NCBI RefSeq assembly: GCF_026210795.1
Contig: NC_089430.1
Coordinates: 930,001-994,000 of the forward strand
Direction of reading: 5' to 3'
Origin: Rhizophagus irregularis
Lineage: Eukaryota
Length of the DNA stretch: 64,000 nt
Part shown: positions 1-12,622 of the stretch, piece by piece
Numbering within the stretch: the first letter of the stretch is position 1
Layout of the letters: every line of letters begins with the position of its first letter
Position numbers and translations under genes: made by a program
The notes under the pieces: generated by a model
The model's database searches: none
Told to the model about the DNA's origin: nothing
What the model saw: only the letters and a program-made list of their open reading frames with translations

Positions 1-277
1 AATTGATATTGAAATGATATCAAAATGATAATAGAAATGATATTGAAACAACATCTTTAAGTTTAATTTAAAGATATCATTTCGATATCATTTTAATTAT
101 CATTTCGATATCATTTCGACATCGAATTAATATCGAAATGATATCGAAGTGATAATACTTTATTTTGATATCATATCGATATTAAATTGATATTGAAATG
201 ATATTGAAATGATATTGAAATGATATCGTTAAAATAAACTTAACGATATCGATTCTATATTGATTAAAAATGGTAAG
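1..277. repeat. GATATC/ATTGAAATGAT-rich repeat, probably the end of a non-autonomous element that starts left of the window
   Basis: Many 10-11 bp units (gaaatgatatc/gaaatgatatt) in both orientations, ending abruptly at ...aaaaatggtaag. Confidence 0.5.
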
Positions 278-1429
278 TTTCTGTAAAGTAATTTCATTGT
301 TCGTACAAGTTTTCTAGCGAAGTTAGGTAATAGAGTTATGAGCATTCGTGATGAGATGTAAGAATTTACAAATGCGGGGAAAATAAATTCTCATTTTTTA
401 TTGTTCACAGAACCGATTCACAGCGATTAGTATATTACCGTTGTAATACAAGTATTGTCTTTTGTGAGCCAGCTATCGTTACCGTAACATTGACAACTTA
501 ATAAATTCTGCTGTCATGATCACAACTATTTACGCAGAAAATAAATCCAAACTTGAATAGAGGGTGTCTCTTGGAAAAAATTGAACCAGAAATTTGGTAC
601 CAAAGATCATGTGGAACAGCTGCGCTTACATTTATTTTCTACGCATGTAGTCAAACTAAGGAATATGATACATGAGTGAGATTGGAGGTAAAATACACAT
701 CATCAAAATGATGCTTTCGTATGGCAGGGTATTCTGCTGTGACTACTGCGTCCATAGACTGTAAATACATTAATTTTAACATACAAGTAATTTTGCTGTG
801 ATATGACAAGAGACTAACACTATCTCAAAAATGTCTATTACGTCTATGAACCACATGACTTATCTCCCATTTCCAATAAGTAGGATTTTATAGTATGACC
901 CGTAGTTAGTAAAACTTCCAAAACAACACCATCTGAGATAAGAAATGTGTGCGCACGTGTATGAGTATACATATAAGTATTCTCCAAGTGCTCTCTTGCT
1001 TCTAGCAAAATGATTGCTTGTAATCATTTTCATATGAATAACATTGGTAATCTATAGTATTTGCATGGGAATTCTTGAAATATAATACCAAGGTATAGAT
1101 AGATAATGCTATCTCATTTTTCTTTTTGTAATTCTATTCACACTGTGGGACCAAGTAAAGTGGCACATAAAAACTTGTCACATTGGTAACATATATACCT
1201 GCATTGTTTCTAGGGGTAATCAAGATATTAACTTCTATCCTTTTTTTAGATCATAGCTATGAAGAAATGCATCTCCCAAAAACTCTCATAAGCATAAAAC
1301 CAAATGTGATAGCTAAGAGGAAATACGTTGACTGTGTGTAAAAAATTTGAATCCCAAAGAGATGAGTTTCACAAAATTGCTTTGTAATACTCTCCACTTA
1401 TCGCTTAAACAAAAAATATACAATGGAGT

Positions 1430-1606
1430 TATACATGCCACCCAAATTATTTTGGACTGCCGTAATTATAAGTAAAATCCCAAATTCAATTATGGCATCC
1501 CAAATTATTTTGGCACTTTACATAGTAAATTATATATAAACCGAATGAATTATGGCATCCCAAATTATAATTATGGCATCCCAAAATAATTTGGGCAGCA
1601 TGTATA
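1430..1606. mobile_element. 177-bp MITE, hAT-like (8-bp TSD)
   Basis: Imperfect TIRs of about 37 bp (tatacatgccacccaaattattttgg... / ...ccaaaataatttgggcagcatgtata); identical 8-bp flanks aatggagt at 1422-1429 and 1607-1614. Confidence 0.85.
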
Positions 1607-2464
1607 AATGGAGTCTGTGATTCTGACAGTATTTTGTTGAACTATTGTTACCATTTCATGTCCTTTCAACTTTACATTTTTGTAATTTCTATTGTATTGA
1701 TCACAAGGAAACATGGCAGTGATTCCACTATTCTTCAAGTCGCCATTGACAAATAATAACTGTACATTGCTATTAAATAATGATTGACCATATAACCACT
1801 AGTTACGGCATTTATGCCTAGTCTTAGATAGCTCACGCAAAATGTTATCAAAAAAGGGTTTATGACGACATGACAATATAAACACACTCAGTAGTTTCTG
1901 ACAAATGATAGTTGATGATAATCGATAACAAAAATTACATGTTTTATCATCATCGCAATAATAACCAGTAACAACAAACAAATTTTACTGTTAAAAGGAA
2001 ATCCGTTGACCATGGTAGAAAAATCTGATTCTGAAAAACACAAACTACTATGAGGAGACTGTCGTGATTTTTCAAGGAACAAGAAAAATAATGAGGGAAA
2101 TTCCTGAAGGAGTTCTACTTTTACTAATGGTGAACTAGGCTCCGCCCAAAAAATGCTCTCTACTGTACATGTTGTAGCGAGATATTAAAGGTATTTGATA
2201 TAAAATGTATTTATATGATTTAGTGGAACTGGCTAAAGCCACTCATCTCTCCATACATATCACTGGTTGAAATAGTCCAAATCGGCTAGAAATCGGATGT
2301 CCGATTTTAGGCCGAATTTGGTGATAAAGATGGCCGATTTATTAATTTAGGTAAAGTTCTGATTGGCAGGCCGATCGATGCCGATCAGAATATCCAAATT
2401 GTATCTGAATTGCTTAGTATTTTTGATCCGAATTGTTTAAAAAAATATATTCATAAATTTACCA

Positions 2465-2985
2465 AATTGCAGTGAATTTATTCTGAATTATGATAAATTT
2501 TAATAAATTGTGATAAATTTTAATCTGAATTGCAGTAAATTTTAATCTGAATTGCAGTAAATTTTAATCTGAATTGCAGTAAATTTTAATCTGAATTGCA
2601 GTAAATTTTATTCTGAATTGCAGTAAATTTTATTCTGAATTGCGGTAAATTTTATTCTGAATTGTGGTAAATTTTCTATTCTGAATTGCGGTAAATTTTA
2701 TTCTGAATTGCAGTAAATTTTAATCTGAATTGCAGTAAATTTTTTATTCTGAATTGCGGTAAATTTTATTCTGAATTGCGGTAAATTTATTCTGAATTGC
2801 GGTAAAAATTTAATGAATTGCGGTTAATTTTATTCTGAATTGCGTCTAAATTGCAGTAAATTTTATTCTGAATTATGGTATATTTGCAGTAAATTTTATT
2901 CTGAATTGCGGTAAATTTGCAGTAAATTTATTTCGAATTGTAATTAATTTTTTTCTGAATTAAGACAAATTTATTTTGAATTATG
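2465..2985. repeat. Tandem repeat of about 22 bp (ctgaattgcagtaaattttatt) in the subterminal region of element A
   Basis: About 20 directly visible copies. Confidence 0.9.
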
Positions 2986-3030
2986 GAAAATTCTAATACT
3001 AATAATTTGGAATATTAATTATATATATAT

Positions 3031-6000
3031 GGGTTCTGTGCTAGGAAAATCGAGGTACGAAAGGCGCAGTATAATTTGAGATAAACAATGATAAACAATA
3101 GCATTACACAATCCAGGCATTTTTTGCCAATAAAAAATGGTTCTAATTTTAGGTATGATGATCTACATCACATGATTTAGTTTTGTATTACAGAGAATTT
3201 TGCTATCAATTTAACCTTCTGAAACATTGTTACACTAATTTTTTTTTCTTTAATGGCTTGGACGACTTGAACCTAAACCAAAAAATTTTTGGTAGGTGTT
3301 GCATCATTTTTTGTGTTTGTTCATTTATTTTTTTGCTTTCTTTCGTTATTATTAACTATTATTTCTTTTTTTTATAGGTTTATAGACTTTCAGAGCTTTT
3401 CAAATGGCCTCCTTTTTTATTGGAACGGTATATTTCTTTTTTTTTTTGTTTTTTTTTTATTATAGAAATGGTACTAACATTCTACTTTTTTTATAGGCTG
3501 GACCTCTAAAAGTCTAAACTTTCCAGAATAGGTTATTGTGGGAACGGTGCTGGCGTTCCACTTCAGAAGTTTTTTATAAAAAGAGGAAAGAAATACAGGT
3601 ACATCTTTACTTATGGGAGTATAATATTCCGTATAATAAAACATCATTACTTTTTATTTTTTGGGAGGGTTTATTTTAATGAAAATTTGTTTATCTCATG
3701 AAACAGCCTATGAAAAAGGAAAGGAAATACTTTATGAAGCATAATACTCCGAATCCTTATGGAAATTCTTTCTTTTTTAAGCTCTTTCTATTTTTTTTAA
3801 TAAAAAGGATTACTTTTTTTTATTTTTTTGTTTTTACTTTTACTTTTAAAGTTTATTTTAATAAAAATATTTATTTTACAGATATTTTTTATTTTTTAAC
3901 GAAATTTTTTTGGTTTCTTTTTTAATAAAATTTATCACAATTTCAATGAGTTCCGCAACGCCTGTTTATAATTTTATCGAGTTAGGATTAGAAGAATATA
4001 AGGAAAATGAAATGGTACTTGATGTGGTACATGATTTAATAACATTTTTTAAAGATTTTACAAACTGTACTTGCCGAAATTCTTCTAATAAAAAAGATCT
4101 AAGAACCTGTTTTGAAAAAGTAGGATTTAAGCGTTTTTTTGAAAGACACTTGGAATTAAAAGCATTAGAAAAACATGAATTTGAACTTCATATAAAAAGC
4201 CAATTAATGGTCTTTGAAATTTCAAATGAAAAAGATGAAAAAAACGAAAAAGATAAAAAATCACGTCATTCATATCGATATAGCTTTAATATATCTTTAC
4301 CACTTTGTAAACCTGCCTATATGAAATTATGCAATTTAAATGATTATAAACTTTTAACTTTACAAACTCATCTTCAAGAAAATGGATTAATTGAGCATAC
4401 TCATGGCAATACTGGACGTGTTTCAAGGCGAAATTCTAAAGTCTTTGTTGATTTCAATATAACATCTTCTGTTAAAGAATATTTAGTACAATATGGAACT
4501 ATTTATGGTTTACCATCTCCTATGAGACATCGTAATGATTCTGGAAATTTTATATATCTTCCAACTGGTGAAAATTATACTTCAATATATAAGAAATACA
4601 AAGAAGATTTTTATCTTGAACATGATGAAAGTGAAACTATCATTTCTTATTCTACATTTCGTAGACTTTGGCACGAATTAATACTTAATCTCAAATTCCA
4701 ACCTTCTGCATCTGATCTTTGTGAAAAGTGTGTAGAATTCAAAGCAAAAATGCAAGCAGCGAAAAGTGATATTGATAAATACAATATTATAAAAGATCAA
4801 TATGAAGAACACCATAAAGCAGCAGATCTTGAACGAAAACATTATAATGATAATATCGAAAAAAGCAAACAGGATTTATCTATAGCACATATTTGTTATG
4901 ATTGGGCACAAAATGTATCAATTCCATATTCACCACAGCAAGTTGGATCAATTTTTTTTAAAACAGCCTATGCTATTCATTTATTTGGTGTTTGCAAAAC
5001 CGAAGGTGGAGAAAATAGACAAATAAATTTTGTTATTACGGAAGATGAATTTCCTAAAAGTGTGTCAAAAGGGGCTAATACAACATTAAATATGGTTTAT
5101 CAAGCAATTAAAACATTTGTTAAAGATGGAAAAAAAGATTTACATATTACATGTGATAATTGTATCGCACAAAATAAAAACAATTTATCACTTTTTTTTT
5201 GGTCTTGGTTGAGTATGTTAGGTTGGTATAATAATATAACAATTAACTTTATGATACCAGGTCATACAAAATTCATTTGTGATTCATTTTTTGGACATAT
5301 AAAAAAAACTTATCGAAATCAAAAAGTTAATACTGTAGATGATATTGAAGATATTGTAAATAATTCATCAAAAGGTAATGAAGGACTTAGGTATAATGGT
5401 GGAATTGGATGGAAGTGGTTTGATTATCAAAATTTTTTTTCAAAAAATAATTTTATAAATTTACTCCATATAACAAAATATTATCATTTTCGTTTTAGTA
5501 ATTTATCAGAAGATTTAGAAAAAGTTTATTGTTCTGAAAATTCTGGTGGTGTTGAAATTTGCCATAAGCTTTTACGTGATGATAATAATTTTAATATAAA
5601 TGAAAAATTAGATATTTTGGATGTTATGCATATATCTGAAGAAAGAAAAAAATATTTATATCAAAAAATTCGTCAACATATAGAAGATCCATACAAAGAT
5701 GTTTATTATCTTTGATATATTTGTATTTTTTATTATTTTTCTTAAATAAAAAAAGAAATTACTAATTTAAAGTTATAAATTCCTTAAAAAATTAATTTAC
5801 TACCTATTGATCAATTGAAATAACTACCTATCAATGCTGAATTGATTAATATTAGATGTATTATGATGAGATAAGTCTAATAAGCTATTATCTGTCTTTG
5901 TATGATCGATAGGTAATGAATTACGGTACTTCGATTTTTCAAAAAAATGTATGTCGATCATTTCCAAATCTATTTTTAGATTTTATGGCTGATTGTTACA

Positions 6001-6166
6001 CAAAAAATTGATGATTTTTAAACTTCGATTTATTAATTTTGATAATAAGATAATATGCTATAAAATTTGCACCAAATGATTCTCATATGTCTCAGATTCA
6101 GATGCACAAAAAATCTCAATTTTGGTAAAAAATATCTCTAACCCTTATTTTCCTAGCACAAAACCC
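3031..6166 (+). mobile_element. Sola-superfamily DNA transposon, apparently intact
   Basis: 20-bp TIR gggttctgtgctaggaaaat / attttcctagcacaaaaccc; inserted in an (AT)n run (ATAT 4-bp TSD); single long transposase ORF. Confidence 0.8.
3946..5715 (+). CDS. Sola-type DDD transposase, 589 aa from the first ATG
   Basis: Uninterrupted ORF with motifs DLCEKC, YDWAQN, DNCIAQNKN and GHTKFICDSFFG, characteristic of Sola-like transposases. Confidence 0.8.
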   Translation: MSSATPVYNFIELGLEEYKENEMVLDVVHDLITFFKDFTNCTCRNSSNKKDLRTCFEKVGFKRFFERHLELKALEKHEFELHIKSQLMVFEISNEKDEKNEKDKKSRHSYRYSFNISLPLCKPAYMKLCNLNDYKLLTLQTHLQENGLIEHTHGNTGRVSRRNSKVFVDFNITSSVKEYLVQYGTIYGLPSPMRHRNDSGNFIYLPTGENYTSIYKKYKEDFYLEHDESETIISYSTFRRLWHELILNLKFQPSASDLCEKCVEFKAKMQAAKSDIDKYNIIKDQYEEHHKAADLERKHYNDNIEKSKQDLSIAHICYDWAQNVSIPYSPQQVGSIFFKTAYAIHLFGVCKTEGGENRQINFVITEDEFPKSVSKGANTTLNMVYQAIKTFVKDGKKDLHITCDNCIAQNKNNLSLFFWSWLSMLGWYNNITINFMIPGHTKFICDSFFGHIKKTYRNQKVNTVDDIEDIVNNSSKGNEGLRYNGGIGWKWFDYQNFFSKNNFINLLHITKYYHFRFSNLSEDLEKVYCSENSGGVEICHKLLRDDNNFNINEKLDILDVMHISEERKKYLYQKIRQHIEDPYKDVYYL

Positions 6167-6229
6167 ATATATAGATTTTTGACGAAAAAAAGAAAGTTTT
6201 CTACCAAATTAATTCAGATTCGTTCATTG

Positions 6230-8490
6230 TGCGTCGTCCATATGTAAATCAGAATCTGAATTATTATGATTGTCACCAACCGTTGATTTTGATGGTTTTT
6301 CTTCTCCTTCCTTGTTATGGTCTTCATCATTTTCAGTGGTGTTGCCAGTTGCTGGTGTTGTCCCTCTACTAACTTCTTCTTCTTCTTCATCATATTCAGT
6401 GATTAAACCCTGATCGATATCAGTATCGAATATTAAATCTTGTTGTTGTACGATATAAGACCATTCGGGAGCATTCGATGGATGTGGTCGGTCGTATTTT
6501 TGTACCTCATCATCGTATCTACGTTCGCGTATTAATTTTGACTTATTTGACGAGTGTACATCGAGTACATTTCATAGCAAATTTTTAAGCTGAAGAAACA
6601 ATAAAATATAAAAATTAAATCCAGTGATTTGTCTGAAAAATCAAGATTCAGAAGTTCTAACCTCATCAGATCTCCACAAATAGTCGTAAATAGCGATTAT
6701 GGACTTTGTTGGGTCTTCTTCGTCTGTCTCGCTTATTTTTGGAGAATGAAATAAGCGATTGGATAACATCTTTAGTAATCTACGCTTATCATATTTTGTT
6801 GTCTGTTCATCGTCAAAACTATATAATCTCTTTGCCGTCTTCATTCGGCAGATTTTCTTCTAAAATACGTTATAATTTGAATAAAATTCAATATATAATC
6901 GGAATAAAATTCAGCATAATAATTATAAATCATTACTAACGTCGTGTACTCGATTGTTTGAGTGCACCCAGTGTTTATTTTCATCGGCTTTTCCCCTATC
7001 CATTAATCTTTGATGAGAATGACGAGACTTGTGGAGATAACCCAACCATTTTGTAAGTTGCTTATTCAAAGCGGAAAAACACGGAGAAAGGGCTGAACGC
7101 AATTCAGGGACTAGCTTATGACAAATCTTGAGATTTTTCACGCTATTGAACGTTTTATTGTAATCTAGTCCTCGAGTTTCATTGATGGTTTTCAAAATAG
7201 ACTTCATTTCAGCCTAAATATAACAATCAAATAATGATAACCGGTACTTAATTACTCAATACTGCAATTTTAAATAACTGAATCAGACAAATAAAATTAA
7301 TATACTTTAGCTTCTTTTTCGTCGTACTCATCATTATTGTTAGAATCAGACCGTTCTTCCTCCGATTCTTCCTCGTATCGCTCAGACTTTTTTGTCTTAA
7401 TTCTTTTTGGACATTTTGCCGGCTGTTCGAGATCCGTCTGCCTATGAATGGCTTTAGGCAGATGGATTTTCGAATACCTGTTTAAGCTTTCGCATAGATC
7501 GTCATTCTTGTCTGCAAAGGCCTTGTTTATTCGAGTCAAAAAATGATTTTCATCGAATAATCGGTTATTTTCGCGTTGAAGCTTTGCATTCTCTACTTGT
7601 ACTTCTTCAATTTGTTTCTTTAATTTTAGATTTTCTAAATAAAGAATTTTATTAATAGTAATATTTTTTTACGAATAATTCTGAATTTATACGAATGAAG
7701 TCAAAATCGTAACTGCTTCTAAATCAGTATCGTCATCATCGATCATCCTTTCATTACCTTGATCGTTTTTAACCACTAATACGAATTTTTGTGGAATTCA
7801 AATATTCCCATATCATTTTTTCATTTCCGATAACATCTCTTGTTGATCTATAAAAATTATTAATTATCGTACATGTCAATCAGCAATTTTCCAAAATTCA
7901 ATTACCTTTAGGAATATTTGGCGGTTCAATTTCAATAACCTCATCGTCAGACTCTTCTTGAGTCGGCTTAGTCGACTTTGCAGATTTGAGGATTGACTTA
8001 ATGGGTTACGATTTTCTAGTCGACTTATTGGTTTTGTCAATCGTATCATTCAGATTACTTTCTTCTTCTGTTCTTCCCCATTGACGATTAGATTCTTCGT
8101 CAGGTGTTTCTTCTTAAAACCTTTGCTGCTTTTGTTTGTTTGACTTAGTGAGTGACGATTTGCTAGTCGACTTATTGGTTTTGTCAATCGTTTCATTTGG
8201 ATCACTTTCTTTTTCCGCTCTTCTCCATTGACGATTAGATCCTTCGCTCGGTGTTTCTTCTTGAAACCTTTGCTGCTTTTGTTTGTTTGACTTGGTGGGT
8301 GACGATTTGCTAGTCGACTTATTGGTCTTGTCACTCGTCTCATTCGGATTACTTTCTGCTTCCGTTCTTTCTTGTTGATGATTAGATCCTTTGTCAGGTG
8401 TTTGTTCTTGAAACCTCTGTTGCTTTTGTTTGTTATTTTTTTTATTGTTTTTTTTTATTATTGCTATTATTTGACATTTTATATTCACTC
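6230..8490 (-). pseudogene. Multi-exon second (TnpA-like accessory) gene of CACTA element A, degraded; boundaries approximate
   Basis: ORF pieces 8114-8488, 7297-7539, 6923-7207 and 6641-6844 separated by short GT-AG introns; motif FHSP.ISETD...LWRSDE shared with the corresponding gene of element C; 147-bp internal repeats around 8010-8420. Confidence 0.6.
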
Positions 8491-8554
8491 AATATTCGTT
8501 TAAAAAATCGAAGCGGGTTCAATATCGTCATATCGTCCTATTTATAAATTTAAA

Positions 8555-8857
8555 AATCATCAATTAATTAATAAGAAAATCGTTAGCGTTCTACTGCGTT
8601 GATTTCTTGATTGAAAAATCAACTATAAATCATAATTAAAAAAGACAAATCAATTAATTAATAAGAAAATCGTTAGCGTTCTACTGCGTTGATTTCTCAA
8701 GGAAAATCAACTATAAATCATAATTAAAAAAGACAAATCAATTAATTAATAAGAAAATCGTTAGCGTTCTACTGCGTTGATTTCTCGATTGAAAAATCAA
8801 CTATAAATCATAATTAGAAAAGACAAATAAATTAATTAATAAGAAAATCGTTAGCGT
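8555..8857. repeat. Tandem repeat of about 88-90 bp in element A (left part, split by the LTR insertion)
   Basis: Units aatcaattaattaataagaaaatcgttagcgttctactgcgttgatttctc...; continues at 15302. Confidence 0.9.
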
Positions 8858-9423
8858 TGTTAACCGATTAGGTACGTTGAATAGATTAACTATGATTTGC
8901 AGTCAGGGAGATTAAGTACGTTTAACTATGACTGAAATCCAATCAAACAAGACACGCTTAAAGTAGGGAGTTCGTTTATAGTGTAAAAGGTTATACTTTA
9001 TTATAGAACTTTATAATTACAAGAATAAGAATTAAGGAACTAAAGGTAAACTAATTCGAACTGAAGGAACTTAACTTATAACGAAGGAAAATACCAACGT
9101 TATTTATATAAAAGTTACTACATATAAAGATATAATAAATATAATAGATATAATAAATATAAGAAATATAACTAATATAATAAATATAACTAATATAATA
9201 AATATAACTAATATAATAAATATAATAAATAAATTAAATATAATAAATAAAATAATTATATCGATTATATTAAATATAATTAATATAATAAATATAATAG
9301 AAATAATAGGCTAAGTAGGCTGCGGCTAGGTCGGCTTGGTACAGTTAGGCACAGTAGATCCTAATTTTCCACATGATCTTCTGGCGTAGTAAATTGTAAC
9401 TCTACACGTGACTAGGGGTAACA
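8858..9423 (-). repeat. 3' LTR
   Basis: tgttaacc...ggggtaaca; near-identical to 14736-15301; preceded on the minus strand by PPT agaggaggaacc (9424-9435). Confidence 0.95.
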
Positions 9424-9434
9424 GGTTCCTCCTC

Positions 9435-9848
9435 TTAATTTGCAGCTCCTGTGAAAATCAATAAATTATTTCTAAGTCTCCTTATCTGAGGTCTGGTAAT
9501 TTTTCTAATAACTTGGACGTCTAGTTTCTTCGTCCTTAAGATTTGTTCTGGAAAAAACTCAAAAATATCAAAAGTCTTTTCTACAATTGTTGCATAATGT
9601 AATGACATTTTATGCTTGTATTTCAATCGTTCGCTAGGAGTTGGTAGTTGGTCTAGGAGTTGTCCTAAATAGAAAGAGTTAATCATCGCCAATCGTGTAT
9701 CTTTTAGTCGTATTGACTTCGTTACACTTCTCAGAGTTGCAGAGAATTTAACTTGGAAATCTTCTTCTTCCATGTAGGGCGGTGGTGGAAAATTAATTTC
9801 CTCTGAAGTTGTTTGTTGAATATCTTCTAATATTTCTGAAAAATCCAT
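9435..9848 (-). CDS. Extra 137-aa ORF of the Gypsy element upstream of the 3' LTR, unknown function
   Basis: ATG-initiated intact ORF with protein-like composition ending at the PPT. Confidence 0.6.
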   Translation of the reverse strand: MDFSEILEDIQQTTSEEINFPPPPYMEEEDFQVKFSATLRSVTKSIRLKDTRLAMINSFYLGQLLDQLPTPSERLKYKHKMSLHYATIVEKTFDIFEFFPEQILRTKKLDVQVIRKITRPQIRRLRNNLLIFTGAAN

Positions 9849-10350
9849 TTTTCTTCAAGCGGTTTAAACTCTTTTGTCAACTTATCCACATCTATATATA
9901 TGTTTTAAATTCCTGTAGATCATTTTGCTGATTAGATTTTTGTTTATTTCTGATGAGGTTTTTGTATTACTTATCATGTTTCACTACATCTATCAGTTAT
10001 TTTTAGCGCTTAAATTATTTAACCGCGTTTTTCTATTTTAAGATTATTTTTCCTTGTTCTAAAAATATCTTCACATTTTTCTCTAGAACTTTCCAGAAAT
10101 ATTTTCAAAAATGATTTTTGCGCGTCTTACGCATCCACATTTTTCATAATTTTTCGCGTCGTGATTTTTCATAATATTTTTGTTGTGCCTGATCTTAACG
10201 TGTTTTCGCGTCGTGCCTATTTCTTATATAAAGTCTAAATTTTTCCCTTTCTCTTTATCTTATCTTCACGTAAAATCTTTGATATTATCCCAAAATTTTT
10301 TCCAAAATTTTCTTTGTCTACCTATCTATCTATCTACCAATCTATCTATC

Positions 10351-11046
10351 ATGACTTGTCGTCGATCTAATACCTCACGTCAGAAGTCTCGAGCAAGATT
10401 TCAAAGGCTTAAAGAAGCGCGTAAGATGAAAGTTCGTCAACTTGAAGGTGGGTATTGTACGCAAGGTTCTTAAGATGTTTCTTGAACGGTATGATTGCCT
10501 GTAGACAAGGTTTCGACCTTATATCCAGTTCTTGAACGGTTGATTTTGCGCAGCTTGTAGACGGGGTACTTGTACTTCTAGGATATTTAAGTCTTGAAAG
10601 GCCTCTACTTGTAGAACTCTTTTGTGCTATCGATTTATCCACTTAGTTTTTAACTAACTTGGAGTGACCATAAATCTCCATTTTTATTTTTAATAGAGGA
10701 TCTTACGAAGGCTAAGGAAGAAAAAGAAGATCTTCAAGAGAAATTTGAAAGCTTGCTTGAAATGGGGACTCATAAGAATCTCGATACTGAGTTCCATAAT
10801 AAACTCTGGGCTGAAGAGCAGCGAAAATTATGGGAAGCCCAAAAATTAATCATCGATCAGCAACGAACGATAGAAGGTCTGGAAGAAGGAGTTTGTCAAT
10901 TAATTTCACATAATATAAGCTTGCAGAGTAGTAGAAGTCGTGCTGAAGCAGCATTTGAAGAAACAAAGCAAATGCTTTTTGAGGAATGTAATATAATTTT
11001 GTCAAACGGTTCTACTTCTAATCCTAGTTATGAAGAAGTTGATTAA
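10351..11046 (+). CDS. Spliced antisense gene inside the Gypsy element (exons 10351-10447 and 10697-11046), coiled-coil-like protein of about 148 aa
   Basis: Donor G|GTGGGT at 10448, branch TAACTAAC near 10651-10658, acceptor TAATAG| at 10696; splicing joins MTCRRS...RQLE-E-DLTKAKEEKEDLQEKF... in frame. Confidence 0.65.
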
Positions 11047-11264
11047 ATAAAAAAAATTTCTTCTTTCTGATTTTCTCTATAATTTTCTAATATATTTTGT
11101 AATAAATTTTTCATTAAGTTTTTCACAATAAAATTTCTAAAATTTTTCCATCTTTTTAATAAATTTTTCTGGGGCATTGAGTCGCAAATTCATTTTGATC
11201 GTCTGTAACACTTGTAAATAAAATTAACTATTTGCCACGAGTTGTAGATCTTAATCGTGACTAA

Positions 11265-12527
11265 TTATACTACAATTATTGGTTCCCAATTTTGTCGATC
11301 ATGATACAATTTTAATAAACTTCCATTTACAGGAGTTCGTAAGACTTTTCCATCTATAGTTCGTAATTTGTACGCTCCTTTTTCTCCAACTTGATGAATA
11401 TAGTATGGTCCTTTCCATTTTGGATTTAGTTTTCCAGTCCATTGCTTTTCTTTTGCTGCGTCATAATATAAGACTTTATTTCCAATAGAAAATTTTATTT
11501 GATGATGTAATTTTCTATCATGTCGTTCTTTTTGTTTTTGTTGAGATATTTCAATATTTGTCTTAGCTATTTCGATTTCTTGAGGTAGTTGGTCAACTAA
11601 ATTTTCTATGTGATTTATTAAAGTTGGAGTTCCATTATTTTCTAATGAATCAGTTGGTAGTTTAGCATCTCGTCCATATAATAAAAAGAAAGGTGCGATT
11701 TTTGTAGTCGAATGTTTTGTAGTACGGTAAGCAAATAAAATTGGTGCAATATAATTATCCCAATTATCAATATGATCTGTTGATAATTTTGCTAAAGATT
11801 CTGATAAAGTACGATTAAATCTTTCTACAAGTCCATTTGTTTGAGGGTGGTATGGCGTTGAAAATAAATGTTTTATCTGAAATTTTTCCATTAATTTTTC
11901 AATTATTTGATTTCTAAAATGAGTTCCTTGATCTGATAATATTTTTGCTGGGCATCCATGTCGACAAATTATTTCTTCATAAATAAAAAGTGCAGCTTGT
12001 TCTGCAGTAGCTTCTTTTACAGGACGTGCTTCTGGCCATTTTGTTAAATAATCCATTGCTGTAATTATATATTTATTTCCATTTGTAGTTATAGGTAAAG
12101 GTCCTACAAAATCTATTCCTATTTGATGAAAAGGACTTTCTACTGGAATAGGATGTAAAGGTAACTTTGTCTTTTGTTTTCCTCTTTGTTGGCAAGAGTC
12201 ACATGACATGACATAAGATCTGATGTCATTATACATTTGTGGCCAATAATATCTTGATTGAATTTTATCAAACATTGTGTCAACTGAAAAATGCGCAGCA
12301 GTAGGATCATTGTGGAACATAAAAAGAACTGGTTCCAATTCATGTCTTCTGATTACTCGTAATAAATTATTTTGTTTCTTTTTATCTTTTTTATAAATAA
12401 AATTATTTTTGATAATAAAATATACTGATTGTTTTTGAATTTGTTGTTGTTGTTGGTTATTTAATGTAGAAGGTAATTGATTATATTTTAAATAATTATA
12501 TATGTTATTGTAATGTTCGATATCCAT
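11265..12527 (-). CDS. Gypsy integrase (H2C2 zinc finger, rve core, GPY/F motif) as a separate ORF
   Basis: FHNDPTAAH...YYWPQM...CDSCQ; GIDFVGP; SDQGTHF; YHPQTNGLVERFN; WKGPY. Confidence 0.92.
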   Translation of the reverse strand: MDIEHYNNIYNYLKYNQLPSTLNNQQQQQIQKQSVYFIIKNNFIYKKDKKKQNNLLRVIRRHELEPVLFMFHNDPTAAHFSVDTMFDKIQSRYYWPQMYNDIRSYVMSCDSCQQRGKQKTKLPLHPIPVESPFHQIGIDFVGPLPITTNGNKYIITAMDYLTKWPEARPVKEATAEQAALFIYEEIICRHGCPAKILSDQGTHFRNQIIEKLMEKFQIKHLFSTPYHPQTNGLVERFNRTLSESLAKLSTDHIDNWDNYIAPILFAYRTTKHSTTKIAPFFLLYGRDAKLPTDSLENNGTPTLINHIENLVDQLPQEIEIAKTNIEISQQKQKERHDRKLHHQIKFSIGNKVLYYDAAKEKQWTGKLNPKWKGPYYIHQVGEKGAYKLRTIDGKVLRTPVNGSLLKLYHDRQNWEPIIVV

Positions 12528-12622
12528 TTTTGAAAATTTAGGCTGTCTCGTCACGATGCGGACACTTTCGCTTTCACATTTTTGATACTTTGTTAATTAT
12601 AATATGTAAAAGAGGTGGACTT

